NCBI GenBank assembly: GCA_001823095.1
Contig: MHTL01000014.1
Coordinates: 1,881-65,880, forward strand
DNA length: 64,000 nucleotides
Reading direction: 5' to 3'
DNA from: Candidatus Vogelbacteria bacterium RIFOXYD1_FULL_51_18
GTDB lineage: Bacteria; Patescibacteriota; Minisyncoccia; Phycocordibacterales; UBA9988
The position numbers and the translations under genes were made by a program. A model generated the notes under the pieces. The model ran no database searches. It worked only from the letters and a program-made list of their open reading frames with translations, and was not told where the DNA came from. Below are positions 47,786-55,667 of the stretch, one piece after another. Positions within the stretch are counted from its first letter, which is position 1. Every line of letters starts with the position of its first letter.

Positions 47786-48862
47786 ATGCCTTTTTTATTT
47801 CCGATATGCTACACTTTTCTCGTGTTCTACCGTCATCTATTACGACCCATATTTTTTTTATTTCCTGCCGACTACATGCATACGCGCTTCCTTGTGCTGG
47901 GGAATCTGCTCGGACGTTCTCGTCTAGGAAGAACCGCGGTCTCGCTTGCCTACGGCTACCCGCACGGGGATGCGCGCGTTATTGTGGACGGACTTGCGTA
48001 TCACTCACCCGTGATGCTTTCCGCCGGCTTTGACTACAACGCGCGGATTATCTCCATCCTCCCCTCGCTCGGCTTTGGCGGGGTTGAGGTGGGCTCGGTC
48101 ACGGCCCGCGCGAGCGCGGGGAACAAAAGTCCCCAGCTTGTGCGGCTCCCGCGCTCGAAGAGCATCCTCGTCAACAAGGGACTCAAGAATGACGGCGTGG
48201 ATGCCATCATCCCGCGCATTCTTGCGGCGCGCATCCCCGATGATTTTGTCATTGGCGTAAGCGTAGCGCGCACCAATGACTCCGCCGCCGCAGACGAGAA
48301 TGAGGGGATTGCCGACTACTGCTATTCGCTTAAGGCGCTGTCAAAAGCAGGCGCGGGACGCTATTACACGCTCAATATCTCCTGCCCCAACTCGTTTACC
48401 GGTGAGCTCTTTAGCACGCCCCCAGCGCTTGACCGCCTACTCACTGTGGTGGATGTGCTCGCGCTTGCCCGGCCTCTCTACGTTAAACTCCCTATCTCAC
48501 TGCCGTGGGAGGACTTGCGCTTACTGGTTGACGTAATTCGCGCCCACAGGGTGGCAGGCGTGATTGTGGGCAACCTTCACAAAGATCATGCACTCCTCGC
48601 AGAAGGGGAACGTTCGCACGGCAGGCAGGGCGGAATCTCGGGAGCGCCGTGCCGTGAGACTTCCACTGAACTCATTAAAAAAATTCGGGCTACTGTTGCC
48701 TTCACCATTATCGGCTGCGGCGGCGTCTTTAGCCCCGAGCATGCGCGGGAAAAGCTGCGCGCCGGCGCCGACCTCATCCAGCTTATTACCGGCATGATTT
48801 ACGAGGGCCCTGGACTGATTGCAGACATTGCGCGAGATTATGCGAACAGCCCTCTTGTATAA
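47786..48862 (+). CDS. pyrD: dihydroorotate dehydrogenase-family protein (class-2-like layout, Cys at catalytic base position); start may be at 47876
   Basis: SAGFDYNA...GFGGVEVGSVT...LVNKGLKNDGVD...NISCPNS...GCGGV FMN-barrel motifs. Confidence 0.75.
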   Translation: MPFLFPICYTFLVFYRHLLRPIFFLFPADYMHTRFLVLGNLLGRSRLGRTAVSLAYGYPHGDARVIVDGLAYHSPVMLSAGFDYNARIISILPSLGFGGVEVGSVTARASAGNKSPQLVRLPRSKSILVNKGLKNDGVDAIIPRILAARIPDDFVIGVSVARTNDSAAADENEGIADYCYSLKALSKAGAGRYYTLNISCPNSFTGELFSTPPALDRLLTVVDVLALARPLYVKLPISLPWEDLRLLVDVIRAHRVAGVIVGNLHKDHALLAEGERSHGRQGGISGAPCRETSTELIKKIRATVAFTIIGCGGVFSPEHAREKLRAGADLIQLITGMIYEGPGLIADIARDYANSPLV

Positions 48863-48948
48863 AAAAGAGAGTGGGGTTCGATAGAGCATCTATCGGGACT
48901 ATATCCTTTGTGCTATAATGAGGCAAACGATCTTTAAGGAGGGATCAG

Positions 48949-49332
48949 ATGAGGCAAATCTTTGCGGCAACGCTCATAGCGCTCATTGTCGCGGCAATCT
49001 TTTTAACGCTCTGGTATGGCAACTATGCTTCACGGGCAGAGGCAAATGATGCAGAGGAGTCGGCAGCTATCGCGGCAGCCGAGTTTTTATCCGGAATGCA
49101 CTATGCATCCGGAGATGAGTTTCCGGTAAAGACCGAGGAGCTCTCTCAAGCCACGGTGCTGCGTTCCATTCCCGGACCGGGGAATCTGTATCGCTTTCTT
49201 GTTCGAGTCGGAAGCAATGAGGAAAAAGAAAACTTTGCCTGTGCGCTTGAGGATTTTTTCCCAGGCACCCGCGTTACTCTTTTCCGAGTGAGTTTGGAGG
49301 GGAGAAACTGTCAGTTCTACTATATACGGTAG
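48949..49332 (+). CDS. hypothetical membrane-anchored protein
   Basis: Single N-terminal TM helix; no domain recognised. Confidence 0.4.
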   Translation: MRQIFAATLIALIVAAIFLTLWYGNYASRAEANDAEESAAIAAAEFLSGMHYASGDEFPVKTEELSQATVLRSIPGPGNLYRFLVRVGSNEEKENFACALEDFFPGTRVTLFRVSLEGRNCQFYYIR

Positions 49333-49384
49333 TAGAATACGACTTCCCCGTCCGCTATGGCAGGCGGGGAATTTTTATACACAT

Positions 49385-50182
49385 ATGAATACAAAAGAGT
49401 TACTGATGCGGGATAAGTATCACGGGCATGCCGATGCCGGCTCTTTGGAGAATGATTTAATGCGCATCGCAGCGGGGGAGCCAATTGACTACGTCATTGG
49501 CTGGAAGCCATTTTGCGGCATAGAGGCAGACCTCTCGTTGCAGCCGCTCATCCCGCGCGAGGAGACGGAATACTGGGTGAGTGAGTGCATTCGGTTTTTG
49601 GGAAGTGAGACCCGCCGCGGCGGGTCTCACTTCCAGAATTTGCGATGCTTGGATATGTGCACCGGCTCTGGATGTATCGCTGCCGCGCTCCTTAAGGCAT
49701 TCTCATTTGCATCTTGCGATTGTGTGGATAATGACCCACAGATGCTCAAAGCTGTGTGGCTCACGATGGAGCGCAATAGCATCTCACCCGAGCGCTACCG
49801 ACTCATAGAGAGTGATATGTGGGAGCATGTTGAGGGAGTCTATGACCTTATCTGCGCAAACCCGCCCTATGTGGGAGAGCAGGAAGAAGTGGGGGAAGGT
49901 GTGCGTGAGCACGAGCCGACGCAGGCAGTATTTGCGGGGGATGCAGGACGCGCGGCGCTCTCAAAATTTTTTGAAGGATTAGAGGAGCACTTGGCAGAGG
50001 GAGGCCCGCCCGTGCCGAACGGCACGTTCGAGCGTGGACTTGCTTACTGCGAATTCAGCCCCATGCAAGAAGCATGGGTGCAAGAGCATCTCACAACTCT
50101 CGCGTGCCAGGGAAAAATCTGCAGAGACCAGTATGGGCGCGCTCGATTCCTGCGTATGGGCAAGCGCGTTTTGTACGCATAG
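49385..50182 (+). CDS. prmC: release-factor glutamine N5-methyltransferase
   Basis: SAM-binding LDMCTGSGCIA and the NPPY motif. Confidence 0.8.
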   Translation: MNTKELLMRDKYHGHADAGSLENDLMRIAAGEPIDYVIGWKPFCGIEADLSLQPLIPREETEYWVSECIRFLGSETRRGGSHFQNLRCLDMCTGSGCIAAALLKAFSFASCDCVDNDPQMLKAVWLTMERNSISPERYRLIESDMWEHVEGVYDLICANPPYVGEQEEVGEGVREHEPTQAVFAGDAGRAALSKFFEGLEEHLAEGGPPVPNGTFERGLAYCEFSPMQEAWVQEHLTTLACQGKICRDQYGRARFLRMGKRVLYA

Positions 50183-50242
50183 AGAAACATGCTAGGATAG
50201 AGGGAGGAGTTTGAACCTTTGAGTAAGAAGGAGGGTTAGCAT

Positions 50243-50476
50243 ATGGCGGTAAGGGTAAGGGCTTCTAAGAGTTTTTTTGGGATTGGGCAGCATTCCTGCG
50301 GGGAAAAACTCATCGTTGTGCGGCGTAACGGTCGCTGCGAGCACTATCCGCTCACTGCGCAGTCAAAAAATGGCTTGCAGGGGGAGGCGCTAACCCGGTG
50401 CCCTCGTTGCGGTAAGAATTTTTGCACTCGCCACAAAAAACAGTGCCGCAGTTTTGTAACGCTTGATTCTTTTTGA
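50243..50476 (+). CDS. hypothetical small Cys-rich (zinc-ribbon-like) protein
   Basis: CGEK...C...CPRCGKNFC...C; no family assignment. Confidence 0.3.
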   Translation: MAVRVRASKSFFGIGQHSCGEKLIVVRRNGRCEHYPLTAQSKNGLQGEALTRCPRCGKNFCTRHKKQCRSFVTLDSF

Positions 50477-50596
50477 TAGTTCAATTTGACAGTTCAAGAA
50501 GATTCCACTTACGCCGCCACGGACCTCCGTCTACACATGGAATCCGCGGTGGCATTTTTTCTTGCAGAGTTTTATAAAATTTCATATACTTTAATT

Positions 50597-50929
50597 ATGG
50601 AATTTTCTCTGCCCCTTGCTTCACCACTCCTCATTGCCGGTCTTGCGGGCGGGATGTTGCGCGCAGTTGTGGGCTACATCAAGGCAAAGAACGCGCTCAA
50701 AAAATCACCGAACTTCTCTCCGCTCTACCTTCTCTCCACCGTCTTCGCTTCCGGCGCCATCGGCTACCTCACGGTGTGGTTCTTTTACGACTTACGCGAG
50801 ATAGTCCTTGGCCCCTTGCCATTTACTCCCGCCATTTCGGCGGTGCTGGGCTATGCAGGCGGGGACATCATGGAGAATGTGTATAAAATCTTCACTAAGC
50901 GCCTGACCTTGTTTGAAAAAGCAAAGTGA
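50597..50929 (+). CDS. hypothetical small membrane protein
   Basis: Three hydrophobic helices; start at MEFSLPLASP is uncertain. Confidence 0.4.
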   Translation: MEFSLPLASPLLIAGLAGGMLRAVVGYIKAKNALKKSPNFSPLYLLSTVFASGAIGYLTVWFFYDLREIVLGPLPFTPAISAVLGYAGGDIMENVYKIFTKRLTLFEKAK

Positions 50930-51022
50930 AATACAATACCCGCATCCGCGATTGACAATAAAGCACCTCTTGTGCTATAATGGCATCAAAGAGGTTTTTG
51001 ATTTTGAAAGGAGGAATAAAAA

Positions 51023-51454
51023 ATGAAGGTGATTGTACTGCAGAAGGAGCGGATGATTTTTGATCTTGTCGCTCGTTTTCTGAATGAGAAATACTTGGGT
51101 GCCATTGTGGGAACTATTGACCCTGAAGAGGCGCTCAAGAGTCTGCGACAAGAACAAAAGCAGGAGCGGGATGCGGTGCTCATCACGTGCCATTACCCGA
51201 AGACCATGCGCGATGCGCTTGCAATCGCGCGCTTAGTAAAAAGGACTCTGCCCGGAGTTCCCGTCTATACTTACTCGGCAATACAGGTTTGTGGCGCCGA
51301 GGACTTGGCGTTAATTGATGGACAGATTAAAAAGCCATGCGGAGCAAGGAACTCGGCTGGACATTTTGCAACGGTTGCCCAGGTTTTCTCTCGCCTTGCC
51401 GATGGTGCGAGTGCGGATGAAATTAAAAACGAGTTTCCTGGTATGGTCATCTAG
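51023..51454 (+). CDS. pseudo-receiver (CheY-like fold) domain protein lacking canonical acidic pocket
   Basis: Strong RBS GGAGGAATAAAAAATG; MKVIVLQKE...AVLITCHYP has the receiver topology, but QK replaces DD and C replaces the phospho-Asp. Confidence 0.45.
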   Translation: MKVIVLQKERMIFDLVARFLNEKYLGAIVGTIDPEEALKSLRQEQKQERDAVLITCHYPKTMRDALAIARLVKRTLPGVPVYTYSAIQVCGAEDLALIDGQIKKPCGARNSAGHFATVAQVFSRLADGASADEIKNEFPGMVI

Positions 51455-51459
51455 CTGTC

Positions 51460-51476
51460 AAACACCGAGTGTCGGG
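51460..51476. repeat. half-copy of the ACACCGAGTGT hairpin family (aaacaccgagtgtcggg)
   Basis: Reverse complement matches the right arm plus loop edge of the copies at 24050 and 54927. Confidence 0.5.
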
Positions 51477-51493
51477 TAGTCTTGCCCTGTTCG

Positions 51494-51535
51494 CTCCGCC
51501 AGCTGGCGGAGGCGAATGGGGCTTTTTCTTTTTCG
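51494..51535 (+). terminator. hairpin ctccgcc-agct-ggcggag followed by T-rich tract
   Basis: GC stem, then gcgaatggggctttttctttttc. Confidence 0.5.
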
Positions 51536-51598
51536 TATGAATAGTGTATAGTCCCACCAGAAAAGGACGTTAACAATGATTGAGAAAGGGGACATACA

Positions 51599-52588
51599 AT
51601 GCCTGCAGATACCTTGGAACTCCGCGGAGTTCCTTTTTTGAGAGTCTTTCAGATGTCCGGGGCAACTAATTTCTTTGGGGAGGGTTACGCCTTCCACCGC
51701 CTCTGGAAACATCTTGGAATGGACTGGAGCAGAACGACCTTTGCGGCAAAAACAACAACCCTTTTAGCGCGCGCAGGGAATATGCCGCTGCAGAGAGACA
51801 GTATTACTCCGCAAGAGTGGTGCCCTAAGTGTATTATCGCGAAGCCTAGACAGGGGGTCACATTGAATGCTGTCGGACTTTCTGGCCCAGGCACACACAC
51901 GCTCCTTACCAGAGGGAGCTGGCAGCTCCGTAATGAACCGTTCTGGATTTCCTTCATGCCTGTGACGGAAACGCCGCAGAAGCGGCACCGGGAGCTTGTT
52001 GCCTTCAGAAACTTGCTCTCTGCGCGCATGGCGGAATTCAGGAGCCCCTTCGGACTCCAGCTCAATCTCTCCTGCCCTAATGTGGGGCTCAATGGGAGCA
52101 AACTTGCGGAAGAAGCGGGGGACATGCTCTCTGTTGCAGGGACGCTCCGCATACCGCTTGCGCTCAAGCTTAATCTCTTGGTACCGCCGCGTCTTGCGGC
52201 GGCTATTGCCGAGCATCCTGCCTGCGATGCCCTCCATGTGACCAACGCACTGCCGTGGGGGTCATTCCCTGACGAGATTGATTGGGAAGAGCTCTTTGGG
52301 GGGCGCATATCGCCGCTCGCACATCTGGGGGGCGGCGCCCTTTCGGGCAAGCCGCTCTTGCCGCTTGTGCTACGCTGGCTTGCGGAAGCAAGAAAGCATG
52401 TGAGGAAGCCCATCATTGCAGGCGGAGGGATACTCTCGCCTGCGGACGCCGAAGCCATGATTAACCTTGGCGCCGCCGCGATAGCGCTTGGCGTTATCGG
52501 GATACTGCGCCCATGGCGTATGCGCTCCACAATAAAGGCCGCATATCAGCGCTTCGCCTTGCACGAGAGACTATACGGAGGAGACTAG
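51599..52588 (+). CDS. dihydroorotate dehydrogenase-like (class-1-like catalytic subunit) protein
   Basis: NLSCPNVGLNG, ...GKPLLPL..., IIAGGGILSPADA FMN/TIM-barrel motifs. Confidence 0.7.
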   Translation: MPADTLELRGVPFLRVFQMSGATNFFGEGYAFHRLWKHLGMDWSRTTFAAKTTTLLARAGNMPLQRDSITPQEWCPKCIIAKPRQGVTLNAVGLSGPGTHTLLTRGSWQLRNEPFWISFMPVTETPQKRHRELVAFRNLLSARMAEFRSPFGLQLNLSCPNVGLNGSKLAEEAGDMLSVAGTLRIPLALKLNLLVPPRLAAAIAEHPACDALHVTNALPWGSFPDEIDWEELFGGRISPLAHLGGGALSGKPLLPLVLRWLAEARKHVRKPIIAGGGILSPADAEAMINLGAAAIALGVIGILRPWRMRSTIKAAYQRFALHERLYGGD

Positions 52589-52589
52589 C

Positions 52590-53636
52590 ATGTCAGAATT
52601 CAGAGAGATTACTATGGCGCGGCCGGATGACTTTCACGTCCATCTGCGTAGCGGAACAATGATGCAGGAAGTGGTACGGCTCACACGGCCGTGGAGACGA
52701 GCGCTGGTTATGCCAAATCTGGAGAAGCCGATTCTCACCGCAGAAGATGCTCTCCGTTATCACGATGAGATTGAGCGAGCCAAGCGCACGCACGGAGTGG
52801 ACTTTGAACCGCTTATGACTATCCAGATTACCAAGGATACTAGCTCCGACATCATCCATCGCGCAAGAATTGACGGAAAGGTGCTTGCCGGAAAAGTATA
52901 CCCGCGCGGGCTTACGACTAACTCCGAATTCGGAGTTGTGGATTATCCAAAGGAACTCTATAGCACGCTCCTTACTATGGAGGAAACGGGGATGGTGCTC
53001 TCACTCCATGGCGAAAAGCCGGGAACATTCTCTCTTGACCGCGAGAGAGCATTTCTTGAGACTCTCTCGTGGATTATTGAACACTTCCCAAGACTTAAAA
53101 TTGTGCTTGAGCATATCACCACAGCCGCAAGCGTCGGCTTTGTGATGCATGGCCCGCCTACGCTTGCGGCAACGATTACGCCACACCATCTCTATCTTAC
53201 TCTTGATGACGTTATTGGCACGACTTTGCGGCCGCATAATTTTTGCAAGCCGATTGCCAAGTATCCGCACGATCTGCGCGCTCTCCGCAGCGCTCTCACA
53301 TCAGGCAATCCCCGGTTCTTTGCCGGCACTGATTCTGCGCCGCATAGCCGCGAACGCAAGGAGTGCGACCACGGTTGTGCGGGCATCTTCAGCGCTCCCA
53401 CAGCGCTTTCGCTCTACCTTGATGCGTTTGAAGAAGAGGACGCTTTCTTAATTGCCAGCCCTTTCCTGAATGAATATGGCGCACGGTTCTATGGTCTCCC
53501 TCCCATTCCAGACCAGCGTTGGATACAGCTCCAGAAGAAAACCTGGAATGTGCGCGAAATGGAGACTCGCTGCGGTGTTAAAATTTTCACCGCAAACGAG
53601 ATGGGCGACGTCCACTGGAATGTCCTCGCGTCCTAA
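52590..53636 (+). CDS. pyrC: dihydroorotase (homodimeric E. coli type)
   Basis: RPDDFHVHLR, the MPNL segment, KVYPRGLTTNSEFGV, FFAGTDSAPHSRERKE...CAGIF align along the whole length to E. coli-type PyrC. Confidence 0.9.
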   Translation: MSEFREITMARPDDFHVHLRSGTMMQEVVRLTRPWRRALVMPNLEKPILTAEDALRYHDEIERAKRTHGVDFEPLMTIQITKDTSSDIIHRARIDGKVLAGKVYPRGLTTNSEFGVVDYPKELYSTLLTMEETGMVLSLHGEKPGTFSLDRERAFLETLSWIIEHFPRLKIVLEHITTAASVGFVMHGPPTLAATITPHHLYLTLDDVIGTTLRPHNFCKPIAKYPHDLRALRSALTSGNPRFFAGTDSAPHSRERKECDHGCAGIFSAPTALSLYLDAFEEEDAFLIASPFLNEYGARFYGLPPIPDQRWIQLQKKTWNVREMETRCGVKIFTANEMGDVHWNVLAS

Positions 53637-53705
53637 ACTTGTTCTTGATAGATAACCCCGCTTTGCCTCTGGCAATTTGCGGGGTTATTCTTATATACTA
53701 CGGTT

Positions 53706-53933
53706 ATGTATATCCGCGTTTTTGTCACCCCCAAGGCCAAGCGCGACGTTATCATCAGAGAGGGGTCGGAGAACTTTAGCATTTCGGTGCGGGTGCCCGC
53801 AGAGCGCACTATGGCCAATGAGCGCGTCCGCGAGCTGGTAGCGGGGGAGTTTAAAGTAGCCAAGGAGAAGGTGCGCATTATAAGCGGGCACCATAGACCC
53901 GGGAAAATTCTTTCGGTAGAATTGGATTATTAG
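53706..53933 (+). CDS. DUF167 (YggU/UPF0235) family protein
   Basis: VFVTPKAKRDVI...SVRVPAERTMANERVRELVAGEFKVAKEKVRIISGHHRPGKIL matches the YggU pattern. Confidence 0.7.
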   Translation: MYIRVFVTPKAKRDVIIREGSENFSISVRVPAERTMANERVRELVAGEFKVAKEKVRIISGHHRPGKILSVELDY

Positions 53934-53948
53934 CGCAGTAATGAAGTC

Positions 53949-54314
53949 ATGCGTATTGATATTTCTGCGAAGGGGATAGAGATTACGGGAGCGATACGCG
54001 ATTACGCTAAGAAAAAGATTTCTGCCCTCTCGCGCTTTCTCAAAGGAGCGAGGGAGCTTCGCGCCTCTCTGATGCTTGGCAAAGAGACGGCGCACCATCG
54101 TGAAGGCGAGGTGTTTGTGGTGGAAGCAGAGCTCTCTGTTGACGGGAGGAGTTTTCATAGCGATGAGAAGGGGGATGACCTCTACGCGACGATAGACGCT
54201 GTGCAGGAGGAATTGGAGCGCATGATTACAAGCGAAAAGGAAAAACGGGGGAGCATGCTGCGCCGCGGCGGCAGAAAAGTGAAGGAGATATTCAGGAGAT
54301 TTTACCGCGCATAA
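53949..54314 (+). CDS. hpf: ribosome hibernation promoting factor (HPF/RaiA family)
   Basis: MRIDISAKGIEITGAIRDYAKKKISAL...DLYATIDAVQEELERMI is typical HPF. Confidence 0.85.
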   Translation: MRIDISAKGIEITGAIRDYAKKKISALSRFLKGARELRASLMLGKETAHHREGEVFVVEAELSVDGRSFHSDEKGDDLYATIDAVQEELERMITSEKEKRGSMLRRGGRKVKEIFRRFYRA

Positions 54315-55167
54315 TTGACAGGTCGCCGTAACCACGGAGAAAATCTTGGTAGCTCATTTCGCGCCCGCCCTCGGGGATGACGCGGTCAATGGAGAGCCCT
54401 CTGCCCTCCCTGTGCGCGGCAATGATGACTACACGCGATTTTTTGCCTTTGTGCGTGATGGTAAAGAAGGTTCGCGGCCAGGGCTCGTAGGCGCGGATTT
54501 TTCTGAAATTTAATTCACTGTCATCCGCAAGATTAACAAAGCCGTCTTCTTTTTTTATCATTTTTGTATAGGTTGCTTTGATCTCGTCTTGCGGGGTCTC
54601 TTGTGCCGTGCCGTCTGCCACAGCAGGGAGCACGGAAGCAAGAAGTTTGCCTCCCTCATGGGCCAATTTTTCTGCCAGTTCCGGATACCACTCATCTCCG
54701 CGCAGGGGAACTTCCTTTTGCGCAATGATTGCTCCATGATCCATTTTTGCGTCTATGCGCATTACCGTCACTCCGGTGAGTGGCGCGCCGCCTAAGATGG
54801 CTCCCTCAATGGGAGTTGCGCCGCGGTAACGCGGCAGGAGCGACGGGTGAATGTTCACTGCGCCGCGCTCGGGAATGTTGAACACAGCTTCGGGAATGAT
54901 TTTCCCGTACGAGGCGACAATAAAAAGGCAGACACCGAGTGTTTGAAATTCCCGACACTCGGTGTCTGCCAAGTTCTCGGGCTGAATGAAAGGAACACCG
55001 TGCGCAAGAGCCCACTCTTTTAAAGGCGGCGGGGTGAGCTTGTGTGCTCTCCCTGCGGGCCTGTCGGGCATGGTGACAATCAGCGAGGACGGATATCCCG
55101 CCTGCACGAGCTCCTCAAGCACGAGTATGGAGAAATCATCACTACCCCAGAATGCGTAATTAATCAT
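54292..55167 (-). CDS. fmt: methionyl-tRNA formyltransferase
   Basis: VASYGKIIPEAVFNIPERGAVNIHPSLLPRYRGATPIE formyltransferase core; contains an in-frame 44-nt palindrome. Confidence 0.9.
   Translation of the reverse strand: MINYAFWGSDDFSILVLEELVQAGYPSSLIVTMPDRPAGRAHKLTPPPLKEWALAHGVPFIQPENLADTECREFQTLGVCLFIVASYGKIIPEAVFNIPERGAVNIHPSLLPRYRGATPIEGAILGGAPLTGVTVMRIDAKMDHGAIIAQKEVPLRGDEWYPELAEKLAHEGGKLLASVLPAVADGTAQETPQDEIKATYTKMIKKEDGFVNLADDSELNFRKIRAYEPWPRTFFTITHKGKKSRVVIIAAHREGRGLSIDRVIPEGGREMSYQDFLRGYGDLSIMRGKIS
54927..54970. repeat. 44-nt perfect inverted repeat ggcagacaccgagtgt-[12]-acactcggtgtctgcc inside the fmt coding sequence
   Basis: 16-bp perfect arms; encodes ADTECREFQTLGVC in frame; shares ACACCGAGTGT with the rpoC terminator stem. 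Confidence 0.85.
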
Positions 55168-55660
55168 CTTTGTGCGGAGGAATTTCTCTGATATTTTTTG
55201 CTTTGTCAATAAAGAGAACGCCGTCAAGATGGTCAAGCTCGTGCTGGAAAATTTGAGCAAGGAGGCCTCCCGCGCCGCGCGCAAACTTTTTTCCGTGCTC
55301 ATCATAGGCCTCCACCGTCGCCTGCGCCGCCCGCGTCACTTCCCCGTAGAGCCAGCGCACGGAGAGACATCCCTCTTCCATTTTTTTGGTGCGCTTGGAA
55401 ACACGCAGGAGCCGCGGATTGATAAAAACCGTGCGTATGTCGCGCTCGCTTTCAAGGTAGGCGTTGGGAGAAACCACAAAAATCCGCAGAGGGAGTCCGA
55501 TCTGCGGCGCCGCGAGCGCCACCCCGTCGTCCTCTCGCGCGAGCGCCCTTTTCATATTCTTGAGTATCGTACGCAATTTAGCACTGCCAAAAAGCTTTTC
55601 CGGAACAGATCCTGCCCCTTTCCGGAGCGCCGCGTGGTCTCGGTTAACGATGCGAACCAT
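55160..55660 (-). CDS. def: peptide deformylase
   Basis: GVALAAPQIG, EGCLSV and HELDHLDG motifs; overlaps fmt by 8 nt (def-fmt operon). Confidence 0.9.
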   Translation of the reverse strand: MVRIVNRDHAALRKGAGSVPEKLFGSAKLRTILKNMKRALAREDDGVALAAPQIGLPLRIFVVSPNAYLESERDIRTVFINPRLLRVSKRTKKMEEGCLSVRWLYGEVTRAAQATVEAYDEHGKKFARGAGGLLAQIFQHELDHLDGVLFIDKAKNIREIPPHKDD

Positions 55661-55667
55661 CATTAGA

